Source of the DNA: Entomortierella parvispora E1425
Taxonomy: Eukaryota > Fungi > Mortierellomycota
Direction: 5' to 3'
NCBI GenBank assembly: GCA_020891255.1
Contig: BQFW01000014.1
Coordinates: forward strand, 1,302,001 to 1,366,000
Length of the DNA: 64,000 nucleotides
The translations under genes and the position numbers were made by a program. The notes below the pieces were generated by a model. It saw only the letters and a list, made by a program, of their open reading frames with translations, ran no database searches and had not been told where the DNA came from. Positions 23,001-35,198 of this stretch are shown here, in pieces (position 1 is the stretch's first letter; the number at the start of each line of letters is the position of its first letter).

Positions 23001-25392
23001 GAGTCGAGGGCGGACCCTGGTTTAAAGGTGAGTTGATCATACTCATAAGAGGCGAGCCCGAGGGAGAACTAATAGGTGACCGTCCACTCATGGCCATATG
23101 AATGCTTAGTCTTCCTGGTGGTGGAGGTGAAGGCGTAGGCGAAGGGATGTCATCTCCTAGTCCCATAGGTCCTGAATAAAGAGGAGCGGATTCACCCATC
23201 CCGAGGCCGCTGCTCAAAAACTGTCCATATCGAAAGGACCTCTGAGGGGGTGTGATAATGCTGTTCTCCAATTGACAAGACGAACAATGACATCGCACCT
23301 TCTTTCCACTGGAGTTTGCTGGCCGGTGTTTCTGGCATTTAGGGCTTTTTGCATGGCCATCGCTAGTACTGGTGGTTGAAACATCCATCGCAGAGCTTGG
23401 GTAGTCCTCGACCGATCTCGCCTTTGCCTTTCGCTCGCTTCGAGCGCGAGGAGAGACAGCTGACTGTGATGGAATCTCGCCTCCCTCCTGCATGCGCACT
23501 CTCGATCCTTGCAGGGATTCCGAAATAGCCACCATGGACTTTGTCAGGTTTGGATCGTGAGCAGAACGCAGGTTCAAGGCACTCTCCCGAGTCGACTCCT
23601 TAAGACCTATTTTCCCCTGAAGAGATGAATTCCAAGATTCGGCTCCAGGTCTCGAGGTATGGTGGGCTTGGGAACGAGGATGCCCGTCGTTCTGCTGACG
23701 CATGAGCAATTCCTGATAAATGGTCAATTCTTCGGTCGTGCCTTCGCGGGTGCTGGCCATGGGTGGGGAAAGAGGGGAGTCGTCAGTGCAGCGCGTGTGC
23801 TCCGTCTTGATAAAACCCTGCAGTCCTGTGTTGTTGTTGGCTGACGATGTTCTCGCCCCCTATGATCGGACAAACAGAATGAATCGAAATAGAATAAGGA
23901 TTACGGATCGATGTCAAGTGGGGGGACGCAAAAAAAAAAAAAAAAAACGAAGACAAGGAACATAAAGGATGGTTGGGTACAATAGAACATCCATTCAAGG
24001 GGCTGGGACATGCACACACACACAGGCCAGTTGCAGTTTTCCCTTCTTTTTCCCCAGACTAGCAGTAGGGAGCTACAGTGCAGGGCAGCGAGAAGGAGAG
24101 AGAGAGAGAGAGAGAGGCAATGTCTTTTTTGCAAAAAGGAAACAAGGAAGGGAAACTCAGGGGTGAATGAATACACACAGTAAAGAAAAGAGAAAAGAGA
24201 AAAGAGAACGGGAAGGGATGGATGGGCCAGGGGACAGACAAGAGGGGACACGGGCAGGACAACAAAGAAAAGGAGGACCAGAAGCAGGACAGGGATGCGA
24301 TCGCATTGCCCCATGTCTGCGGATGGAGGAGAGGACGGTTGGGGAGATCAGGTCCTTCATCATCCTCATCCTGGATGCATGCATGGCCACGATCCATGCC
24401 ATCTGCTTCTGATCCTCCATTCTTTTTTTTCTTTTTTTTTTTCTTTTTTCTTTTTTTCCGCCCCTTGGGACATACCATGCTTGCACTTACATCCCGCAGG
24501 AGCGCATGGAGGCGCATCGACAGCCTGGAGTTGGCCTAGCGGGGAGGAATGAACGGGGGTCGAAACACGCATGGGGCTAATGTGAGTGTCCATGTACGAG
24601 CCATGAAGGGGGACGAGCAACAATTGCAAATGATGCGCTGCGGAGGAGGGTGATGAAAAGGAGAGCATGAACAAGGAAAAAGAAGTAGAAGAAGGGTTCG
24701 TCCATGACCACCTGTCTTGAGATCCATGTCATGTCGCCCAAGGGATCAGTCTCGGGACCCTTTTGGCATCTCTTTCCGCCCTCATGTCCTCCATCCTCTC
24801 TCTTTTTTTGTCTCTCTTGTCCTTCTACTCGACAAGTTCAACAGACGCGTCTGCTCCCCTTCGCCTTCTTCCCAGCCGGGATGAACTCCCCATGCTCCAA
24901 TTGTCCGATCTTTGGCTCCCGACACGCGCGCGTTTCGCGTCTGGGCTTCCTTTGAGCGCGGTGATGAAGTCAATCATATTTCTTTCTTTTTCGACTCCAG
25001 GAAGAAAAGAAATGTCCCTCCTGCTTCTTTTTTACTCTCTTCTCTCTCTCATTCCCTGCTTTTTCTTTTTTTCTTGTGTGCGTTCAGGAACGAGGGGGAG
25101 GGAGAAGTAGCATGGAGCATGGGCCAACGGACAGGTGCATGATAAAACAATTAAAAGAAAGGACTTAAAAGCAAAGAGAATAACGGATGCTCACCTCTGG
25201 AAGGGCTGCTGGAGAGGATGAAGGGGCATACTCCTGATCGTTGTCTTCACGGATAGCGACCGCTGTCTTCAGACTGACCATCGATGAGGACGGTGAGGGA
25301 CCGGTGGCGTTGGCGTTGAGAGCGCCGGGGCCTGATCTCGATCGAGAAGGCTGCGTGCTCGTGCTGTGGGTCCAGTCATCGCCACGTTCCAT
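16699..25392 (-). CDS. PPP2R3: Protein phosphatase 2A regulatory subunit B'' (PR72/PR130 family, EF-hand), roughly 2200-2300 aa, about 7 exons
   Basis: IPPFYFPMG, LPRYMNRALFRK, DFEVVLQDLVLFHPGLEFL, KHFYVIYCKFWELDQDHD, SIEYWFRCMDLDGDGIL. First exon 25392-25195 (MERGDDW) joins in phase 0 across a 1377 bp intron to 23817. Confidence 0.9.
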
Positions 25393-27035
25393 AATGCTTG
25401 CAGCCACAATAGATACAAAAAAGGTGAACCGCAAACTGCTGATCCCTCGTCAAAAGAATTTCTTTCTTTTTAAAAAAAAAGGTGGGAATGTTTTTATCCT
25501 GTGCCTGAGTCGTAAAGCGATGAACGTCAAAGGTCAAAAGATATGAGGGGGGGGGAATGGGATACACGTTGCAATTGGAAAATTGGGAACAAGACTGTCT
25601 GAAGGGTGGGGAGAGGGGGAAAAAAAGAGAAAAGCTGAGGTGGAGATTGTGGGAGGGGTGGGGTGAGGATGGTCTAGTAGAAGAGGGGAGAGAAAGGAAG
25701 AGAGGAGTTTGTCCCCCGAGCTTTCGAACACAGGAATGCAAGAAAATCGCCCTGCGTGCTGTGAGCGTGCCTCGACTTCGATGAGAGGTGGCACAAACAG
25801 ATGTCGAGCACAAAATAGCAGAAAGAGGTCAAGAAAAGAAAAAAGAGAGAAAAGAGAGTTGGCAACGACAAACAGGTGGAAGAGCAAAGTAAGGAATCGG
25901 AGGTGAGAAAGTGTCAATGAGAGAAACAAAGGTTGGAAGGACAAACAATAGAGAAGGACAAAAAGAAGACACAAAGAAATCAAAGGGGGTGGTGGATTGT
26001 GTGATGATGAGAAGGGAGCTGGTCTGGTCGATATGGTTGGTGACAAGGAGAAGGGGAAGAGGGGGAGGAAAGGACAAAGAGAAAAGGTCGAGATGGGTGG
26101 TTTTTTTTTTGGGTCCTCTCACTCCCACTTGTTTTTTCTTCGGTCTCGTCTCATCGACTTCCTCGGGAGAGTGAGATTGAAAGGGCAAAGGGAACGAGGC
26201 CAAGAAAATGGGCGCGAGTGAGGCGCTTGGGCCCGAGGGGTGTCTTATGCAAGGAGTCCAGGGGTGACAGCAGGGCGCAAAGAGGGTGAGGGGTGGACAG
26301 ACCAGCCAAAGCAACAAATAAAAAAAAGAGGGTAATTGCAATGGGTCCAAGCATGCGGACCTGCCAATCCTTCCACAGTCAAAAGGAAAACATGCATCCT
26401 CTCATCATCGCATCGTCTCTTTCCCATTTGTGTCTCGTCAACGGTGTGGCTAGAATTAGCTGCACCTGTATTATTTTCTTACCTCATACAGGTACTCGGA
26501 TCGGATCTGATCGATGACACGACACGGGTCCACAAGGGGCCACAATTGGACAACCTCCTTGAAGAAAGACCACAGACAGCATCATCGTCCACCAAAGTCA
26601 CTTCGGTATCGGGACAGTTATGAATGGGTCACCAAGGAAAAGGGGTGGGAAGCATTTGTCTATTTACTATCCCCAATCGTCTACTCGAACACACAGGGCA
26701 ATCAGACCCACTTGCAACAACTACAGGGAACTGCAAGGCCATTGCAGAACAAAGGTGAAGAAGAGCAAAGAACAGTGATAAGTTGACCCTGCCTAATCTG
26801 CCGAACGTACCGTGAGGGCCGCGCGTCTCAGCAACGTCAACAACAACACAGCTTGTTGTTGGCTGTGCATGCTTATGACCACAGACCCGAGAAACCATCC
26901 CTGCTTTTCAGACCTGAACAACCAATTGCCATTAGACATACCATGCGCGTTTATTAGGCTATTATACAATTTATTGGAGGGGGGGTTTTTTTCTTGTTTT
27001 TTGGTAGCACACTGCTCCTTCACGTCCGATCCTCG

Positions 27036-29962
27036 TTATCCAAAGAACGAAAACTCGGCGGTACTTGCGGATTTGTGAGCAGGGCGGCGTGGGGCAGGGA
27101 TGGCCCAAGCGCTTGTTCGACCAGCGTTGGCCAATTCCATAGACTTGTCCCAAAGCAGGGCTTCATAACAAAACACATATTGCCGAAGAGTCTGGACCAT
27201 GGAAAGACGCTGTTCTCTGAACGCGCTCACAGTCTCAAAGACGGCATCCGTTGTTGCAGCCTTTAACTGGTTCTGTCGAGATTGTGCCAATAATGTGTCG
27301 ATAACACAGAACGCTCCTGTTCTTCCACATCCAGCAGAACAATGCACCACTATAGGACCAGCCTGTGGAGATGAGTTGAACTCGTTTGTGAGCTGGACGA
27401 CCTTGAGGACCTCGAGAGGGGTTTCCGGCACCCCAAAGTCAGGCCATCCAGTGTATTGGATGAGAGTTACAGTCCGCTCGGGCTCCTGGGACGAGCGACT
27501 GATCTTCATTTGGCGAACAACAACGGTTTCGTCACCGCCATCGGGGAGGTACTCCTTGAGGAATGTCACCATGACCGGTCCTAGATCCAAGATTGGCTCT
27601 TCACTGGTGGGCCAATACCGATGGCACTTGACTCGACCCATTTCAAACTCACGAGTCAACATGACGATCACTCGCGAGTTTTGTTCCCAGATGACTTTCC
27701 AAAAGTCGAGAAAGGTTGATGGAAGGGGTCCTTGTGTAGCAATGTACGATCGTTCGCTGGATGGGGCCTTCAAGAACGAAGCGTTGATGTAATCATCGTG
27801 GTCATCCTGACACTCTTTGATTTTCACTCGACTGTGATCAAAGGGCCAGATGTTGTTGTATCGGTTCTTGAGGCCTTTTTCAAGGGCAGCACCAATGCTG
27901 AAGTCTGTTGTTCTCCCCGATCGCATGGCCTGGGGCAGCATCAACAGCGCCAGTCTCTTTTTCTCGTAGATTTCGATTTTCTAAGGGTGACAAACCAACA
28001 ATCAAAATTAGCTCTTCCGTTGTGTCGGCGCATGATGGCCAAGAACGATTCACCGAATCTTGTCTCTTTTCATACCTGGAAGCGCTCTGCGAGATTGGTC
28101 TTGCCAGAGGGCTCGCGTGTGGCATCGAGGAGCCATTCAGGAAGGTGTCCTCGAACGCTCTCGACCGAGAATCCAGAGGGCAGACGGATGGGGATCTCCT
28201 CTGTGATGTTGGTGTCCAGACCCATGGCCTGGCGGACACTCTCAAACAGCGGATTTACGTTTGGGTTCTCGATCATGGGTGTTTGACATGGCGTCGTGTC
28301 TCCAGCCGTTGGGCGGGTCACCATCAGGGGCAGAGAGCCGAGGTGCAGGCGATGACGCGGCGACGCATGCACCGGGACCGATCTAGAAAACGGACACGTT
28401 GGGCCAGCATGCTCGGATCGCTGCGACACAACAGGACCGTCTACTGAGCAGCAAAAGTCCGAGTGACAGTGCTGGAAGGCATTGTAGCCGCCTAAGGGTC
28501 AAAAGGAAGAGAGTTCATGAAAGAAAATGATGTCAGCGGGGGCCATCCAGGATCAGTTTAGATCGTCGTCCGTCAGTCGTCCATCCAGTCGATCGTCCTG
28601 TGAATCGTCATCATTGTCGTCATCGACTGCGGATTACGGATGGTGGCGGTGGCGGTGGCGGTGGCTGTGCTGTGCTGTGCAATGCCGCGAGTCGGACGCT
28701 CTGTTGCGATTCTGATGTGTGCGTTGAGTGGCGATTTGTCTGATTTCGACGATGATGTGCAATGCCGGGCCGGGCTGGACTGAGCTGGGCTGGGCTGGGC
28801 TGGGCTGGGCTGCAAACCGTCGTCATAGCTGCTGTTCCTGTTTGCTGCCAGGCCAATGGCCAACGCCGTCTAGATCCACATTCCTGAACAACCATTTATG
28901 ATCTTTACCTTGAATATACCCTATCCGAGCTCGGAACCCTTCTTTGCGAAACTTTTGAGCAATGCAAAACATGGGTGTGCCCTTCACAGGAGCAGAGCCG
29001 GTGGCATCAAACATGACAATGTTTGAAAACTCTCTCCAGTGCGAAAAGGCCAAGATCTCACGCTCTGTCGTCAGCTGGTCTTTGACCATACTCAGCGAGT
29101 ACATGGGTCTCTTCAGAAGCATGCTGGGCACACTGACAGAGACGGATGTCTTGATTGTGGACACCCCAAAACAAACAGACGGTCTCATGTCTAGCAACAG
29201 GATCGTATGCTGTTGTTCATCCTCCTCACAGGTCTGAGCCTCCTGCAACAAGGCACATACGGCATCGCAATTGAGCTCCTTCAGATCTGTGGTTTCTGAA
29301 GGCGATGACTGGGTGCACAAGGAAGGTGCAGAGGTGGGCGGGAACTTTAGGGAGCACAGAGAGGAAGGGGAGAAGGGTGCGCTGAGAGAGTGGCTGGACT
29401 GATGCAATGACGATTTCCGGTCCAAGCTCGAGTTTTTTGCAGAGGGATAAGGCTCCCAGAGATGACTAGAACCAAGGCTAGTTGAACCTTGGCGAAACTG
29501 TGTTGAAGGTGGCATCGAGGAGGAGGAGGCTGGGGCGGTGGAGTTTGGAGTTGAGAAAGAAGACGATTCAAAGAATGAGGGGGAGGCGGGGAGGGTGGAG
29601 GAAGAAGGAGGGGATATCGCCTGGAAATATGAAGACACGTTTGTGATCTTTGGCGTTACTACCGCAGGAGGTGTCAAGCCCAACGGGGTCGATGGCGATA
29701 ATGAGAAAGGTGGTGATGCTGTCGAGACGAAAGCGACAGTTCTATCTGATCGGTGACGAGAATCCCTTGGTGGAGGCTGATCTGATGTGGTTAGGCGGGC
29801 GGGATCGGGATCAGAGGCAGAGAGTGATGACGATGATGACAGAGATGATGCTCTCGACTGGGCCGGGTGCTGGGAGGGAAAGGATGCAAGGGGTGAAGGT
29901 GTTGGGTGGGCACGCGGACTGTGAGGCTCTGAAGGGAATGATAGAGAAGCAGCGTTTTGCAT
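27036..29962 (-). CDS. Protein tyrosine phosphatase with N-terminal rhodanese domain (Ptp2/Ptp3/Pyp1-like)
   Basis: Rhodanese ILLLDMRP...SVSVPSMLLKR...IQGGYNAF; PTP domain KNRYNNIWPFDHSRV, DYINAS, YIATQGP, WPDFGVP, VHCSAGCGRTG, QTLRQY. Confidence 0.93.
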
Positions 29963-30270
29963 ATCTCGGTCAATGGGTGTGGACGACCAACAGAAGAGGA
30001 GGAGGATCTTCGACGATCGGCAGGGACAAAGGGAGACAGGGAGAGAGACAAAGAGAGAAAGAGAGAGAGAGAGAGAGAGACAGAACGACAGGAAAAGAAA
30101 GAAAAAGAAAAAGAAAAAAAAAGGGCAAGTGGCTGGTCACAAGCAAGCAATCGAATCAAAGAGCTACGTCTGTGCTGCGTGCGGACAGTGCGGACAGTGC
30201 GAGGGCAAAGCAAAGAGACATGCAACGAACACAAGAGCAAAGGAGAGGAAATGAAGGTGAAAGAGTCAAG

Positions 30271-30273
<3 letters not shown>

Positions 30274-30337
<64 letters not shown>
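30274..30337 (+). repeat. (GA)n microsatellite, about 32 units
   Basis: Direct reading; lies upstream of the PTP gene. Confidence 0.95.
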
Positions 30338-30341
<4 letters not shown>

Positions 30342-31358
30342 ACAGAATAGAGCCTTATGAATACAAATGTCTTTACATAATTAGAAATATGAACGGCCCC
30401 TTTCGTTCGTTCGCTCGTTCGTTCGATGCGGTCATTCCGTGTGTGTGAGCTCAACTTTGCTGCGAGACACTCTTGTCTGGAAAATTTGCTTGCCGTGGCC
30501 CCTCCCATTGGGGGCAAAGTGTTTCCAAGACTCCTACCCTTCTCGACTTGCGTTCCCAGAACACCCCTTCCTGCTGGACCCTAATGGCCGGTGCCGGGTT
30601 CCAAACATGTCGTCTACTCCGTAAGACACCTTCTTGCCCCAAAATTAATCATGGTCCTGTCCTGGCAAGGCAAGCGAGATGTTCACAGTGTGATGCCGCT
30701 CTAGGACTGGATGCTGTACAAATCTCTCTCTTTCTCTCTCTCTTACATACCAGTCTGCACATTCACTGAGCCCTAGCGTACTCAGAAGCTGATATCTTCT
30801 GTGTCGGCCCGATTGGATCTGCTCCCTCTCCACGCGCAAAGGGCTCACAGGGAGGTACTCACCTCCATTATCATCGTCATCATCATCATTATATGCTGCA
30901 TCAGGGAGAAGTCGTTGTTCCCAAACCCCCGCATACTCGCAAGGGCAAGGAGAAGGGGGCTTTGACTAATACCAATGCGACGTAACCTTCGTCATATTCA
31001 AAAAGGACACCAAACTACTTTTGGGGGTCAATAATCCCCTCCTCCCTATTCTTTCTAGCCTGCGTTCATTCGCTTAACGGCGGACGAACTACATACACTT
31101 AGTATACTTAAAATCAAGAAGGCCAGTCATAGTCGACTGGCCACGTTTCCCGATCCTCATACGTCAGCGTGAAAAAGGCACTAAAGGGGCCGCGCGCTTG
31201 CGCTGATTCGACATTGCGAGGGATATTGGGGAGGGAATTCCTTTCAAGCGTTTGCCACTCGATTATGATTTATTGGATGGGGCCATCTCAAGGCACAAAA
31301 AAAGATTGAAGCCCGTAGTATCATCTGCTCAGTCGCACATTGTCTCATCAGATCCAAC

Positions 31359-32758
31359 TTAGCACGCACATCCATAGTCCTTGGAGGTGTCGCTGTCGAT
31401 CTTGATAGGGTCAGGGAAGTCACTAAACAAGAAAAGATATGTCAACAACTTGTAATACAAATGGCATTTTGCAATTTGCAACAGATAAATAAAATAATAA
31501 AAAAAAGTATCCTTACATCTCAACCTCGACCTCCTGCTGCAATGCATTCTTGGCAATGGTCTGGAAAGCCTGCTCGACGTTGGTAGCCTCCTTGGCGGAG
31601 GTTTCAAAGTAGCTATGAAGGACATGAGCAAAGGGTGAATAAAGATATACAGAGTAAAGCGCCCAATCAGCTCCCTGATAGTTCAACTACGCTTACGGAA
31701 TGTTGCCCTTGGACTGGCACCAGGCCATGGCACGCTTTTGAGAAATCTATTGTGGCGATGACAACAATGGCTGTATATTAGCAAGGCAAAATCTCAATAT
31801 ACAATTCACTCCCCTATACACGTAGAGTAAGGCAAAGTCAAAGAGTTACCATGCGCTTGGACTCTTCCATATCGATCTTGTTTCCAATAACGACAAATGG
31901 AAAGTTCTCGGGGTTGCGGGGGGAAGCCTGGATCAAGAACTCGTCTCTCCAGCTCTCCAAGGTCTCGAAACTCTTGGCATTGTTGACATCAAAGACCAAG
32001 ACGCAGCAATCAGCTCCACGGTAGAAAGCAACGCCCAAGGACTGGAAACGCTCCTGTCCAGCAGTATCCCAAATCTGTTTGGATTTGTTTTTTAAACATC
32101 AAAAAGCTCGGGGGGGTTAACCTCAGATACGCCGTGTACTTGTGTCCTTTTTCGCATAAAAGATATCCCTGTGCGTTTACCTGCATGGTCACAGTGCGAT
32201 CATCGACTTGAACCTCCTTGGTCAAGAAGTCGGCACCGATGGTGGCCTTGTACTGGTTGCTGAACTTTTTGTTGACATACTGGTTCATCAGAGAGGTCTT
32301 TCCGACTCTAAAAGGCGACAAAAAGACGAATGACGTCAGGGTCGGTCAGTACAAGGTCTCCTGGGTTCTCTCCTGTCCGTTGACCTGTGTCATGACTCCT
32401 GTCCACACCAACATACCCACTCTCTCCAAGAATGATGACCTAAAATAAGCAATCCAAGGGTAAAAAAAACATGGGAAAAATGTCAGTGCTTTGCAACAAA
32501 TCATTCTTCATGCAACAAGAGGCAGGTCCATGAATGATGAATGGTTGGGATGCAGCCAGTCGCTCCGACCGCGGTCCCTGTCGAGTCCCTGTCGTTCCAT
32601 GAAGCAAAGTCGACGCAGGCAGGATGACACGCAGACAGACAGACAGACGGGACCGTGCCCTTTTGGGCAGCAAGACTTGTTTCAAGCGAGGGGACTGCCG
32701 AGGAAGAGGAGGGGCGAGGCAGTACCTTCAAGAGGACTTTTTTGCGGGAAGACGACAT
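31359..32758 (-). CDS. YPT7: Rab7 GTPase, multi-exon
   Basis: [69 protein letters not shown]-terminal CAC prenylation motif. Confidence 0.97.
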
Positions 32759-32954
32759 GATGACAAGGGCAAAGGGGTAATAGTAGGGATTGGGTATGTG
32801 AGGTGGTGATGGACGGATGGACGGATGGGATCAATCGAAATCTGCGCCCTTGGCCCTCCCTGGCGAACTTCAGGTGACCTGAGTCTGATATCATGTGACC
32901 TGTCATTTTTTTATTTTATTGAATAAATTGGTGGCAACGGAGGCTGGCTGGCGG

Positions 32955-33001
32955 GCTGGTTCAGGACGAGGGGATGCTGGTTCAGGACGAGGGGATGCTG
33001 G
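32955..33001 (+). repeat. Perfect 21-bp tandem duplication spanning a stop codon
   Basis: gctggttcaggacgaggggat twice plus gctgg; one copy contains the stop of the gene ending at 32982. Confidence 0.85.
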
Positions 33002-34262
33002 CCCAGTGCCGGCCATAGCGCACCACAAGTCCGTCGCCGTCCACTTCTACCAGCGTCGAGTCGTCCTCGTCTGCGAGCCAGCACTCAACCAAGCTGTAGT
33101 GCGGTCGCTGTCCAGGCCCCACAAATGCAATCTGGACCTGCGACGGAGTGAGCTCGAGCTCTGGGAACGACACGAGAGCACTCTTGTCGGTCTGTGTAGC
33201 ATCGGAGGGAAGGCTGGCCAGGTGATCCTGCATGTTCTCGGGCTCAATCCCAAGCGCCGCCCTCCTTAATGGGAGGAGAAACGTACTGGGGCTAATATCA
33301 TGGCCGAGATCCAAGTGAATACATCCGTCCAGGTGGGGCAAGTGCTCGTATTTCTTGGGTCCTACTAGACTTGTGGTGGAAGCTGTCCGTACCAAAGACT
33401 TGGGCACAGATGCAGGAGTAGGGCTGGAGACTGGAGAGGATGCGGGATTGGGCTGTGGTGGCAGGGTTGCTGTGGTCGATCGTGAATCATCAATGGGCGT
33501 GGAAGAAGGTGGGCAGGGAGTTCCTGTGGGGGTGGAGGCATTGCTGAGACTGCTGAGACTGAGGGTGGAAAGACTGAGAGAGGATGAGAACCGCTTGGAC
33601 GCACGCTTTGTTCCTTTGGGGGGCGGGGTCCACGTCAAGTTGATCTTTTCGAAAGGGATGGAGCTCTCCGAATCCGATGAAGATGAATAGCAGCTGGCAG
33701 AAGAGTCCGAGTAGTTGGCCTCGGCATCCTGCATGCTGCAATGGCTCTGTGGGCTGGAGCTACTGCTGCTACTGCTGCTATTGCTGGCACTGCTGGGTGG
33801 CCGGGCTGTTGAGTCCGAGGGTGAGAACTGGGAGAGTCCCGATCTATAAAAACTGCGTGTCCGTGCCAATCGCTGCTCTGTCACTTTGTACCACCGCTGG
33901 TCCTGATCCACCTCAAGGACAACTCGCTTCTCTTGACCTCCAAAATTGGACGAAAGCTTGACCTTTCTCGTCTTCCATTCATGGTCCAGCACAATTGAAT
34001 ACTGGATGTATCCTGACTGTTGACCGGATATCAAGATCTCGCCTTTAAGCATGTGGGCCGCCTCGGCGTGTCTTGTATGTGTCAAGGACATGTACTCCAT
34101 CGAGCTTCTGGTCAAGCCGCGATAGATTATATGCCTTCCAGTCAATGATCCTGAAGGAGGAGGTGTAAAGGATCTGGAAGAGGACATTGTTGGTGAGGGT
34201 GAAGAACAAGAAGACATGGTGCTGGATAGGGTGCTGGGTGACTGGGCTGTGGTCATAATCAT
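32982..34262 (-). CDS. Putative glycolipid-binding family protein (bacterial PA1994/DUF1089-like) with a Ser-rich insertion, intronless
   Basis: IQYSIVLDHEWKTRKVKL...LEVDQDQRW, [S/T/P-rich insert], HLPHLDGCIHLDLGHDISPSTFLLPLRR, VSFPELELTPSQ, VEVDGDGLVVRYGRHW resemble the bacterial consensus as I recall it (W-RTR-V, PDLDGC-D-DL--TP-TN-LPIRR, VD-DGLV--Y---W). Confidence 0.7.
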   Translation of the reverse strand: MIMTTAQSPSTLSSTMSSCSSPSPTMSSSRSFTPPPSGSLTGRHIIYRGLTRSSMEYMSLTHTRHAEAAHMLKGEILISGQQSGYIQYSIVLDHEWKTRKVKLSSNFGGQEKRVVLEVDQDQRWYKVTEQRLARTRSFYRSGLSQFSPSDSTARPPSSASNSSSSSSSSSPQSHCSMQDAEANYSDSSASCYSSSSDSESSIPFEKINLTWTPPPKGTKRASKRFSSSLSLSTLSLSSLSNASTPTGTPCPPSSTPIDDSRSTTATLPPQPNPASSPVSSPTPASVPKSLVRTASTTSLVGPKKYEHLPHLDGCIHLDLGHDISPSTFLLPLRRAALGIEPENMQDHLASLPSDATQTDKSALVSFPELELTPSQVQIAFVGPGQRPHYSLVECWLADEDDSTLVEVDGDGLVVRYGRHWASIPSS

Positions 34263-35198
34263 TAACGATTTTCGATGCGTGGGCTGGGTGCGTGAGAGTG
34301 TACAAGAATGAGGGTGTAGTGAGGGGAAATAGTTCTTTGGGACTGCTGTGGGTGGGTGAGGTGGGGGGGCTATATGACAATGATGGGATGGGTCCAGTCG
34401 AGCTGAAGGTGGTGGATTAGGGATACTGGGAAGGTTGACACGAGGCAGAGGGACGTGCTGAGAGGGTGGGCGAGAGCGCGAGCGAGGAGAGGTGAAGGAA
34501 GCCTAGGTCAGGGGAGGAGAAGAGCAGATCTGGGAAGAGGAAGGGGGTCAGGGGACGGCTGGGATGGAGTTTGCGAGGGAATGGGGATGTGGGAAAGGGA
34601 ACAGGAATGAACAAGGAACCGAAAAAGAAAGAAGGAAGAAGAGAAAGAAAGAAATTACAAAAAATGAAAGAATAGAAGAATAAACATGGACCATGGACCA
34701 TGGACCATCACCATGCAACCTTGACCGCAGGCGAGGGATGCGGACCGGTCCAGCTCACCATGCCGGCACTGCTTTATTTTGGCTTTTTGCATGAACCCTT
34801 GTCTTTGAAGGAGGTTCACTGAAAAAAGGGCGCATGCCGTCTTGTCGCTTGTTGCCTGCACTCACACTTGCACATCATCGCACGCCCATGCTATGCCAAT
34901 CATGAGAGAAGCTGCCCAGAAATCCTGCCTTGTTACAGTTGATCGATGGTGCTTGCTCAAACGCCCAATTCTCTGAGCACTTTATCCCTCTTGTAAGGAA
35001 ACATGAGGACCATGTAGACCATGCGCACAAGCTTTTCAAAACATCTTGCTCCATGTGCACGCAACTAAACATTTCACCTCGAACAGATCACAACGAACCT
35101 CCGTTTCCTCACTCCTGTTGTTTGATCCGTCCTCCCTCCCTCTGCTCCTCTTTCCCACTCAACAAGAGGAGAAAGTTGCGCGTGGGGGGAGTGTGTCT

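Noticed and set aside
28770-28812. (GGGCT)n array resembling a regular repeat system
   Set aside because: Simple pentanucleotide microsatellite inside a PTP intron; no spacers. No CRISPR-like array was seen anywhere in the window.
29650-30520. ORFs rich in ER/RE/SL repeats
   Set aside because: Translation artefacts of (GA)n and purine-rich tracts in the PTP promoter.
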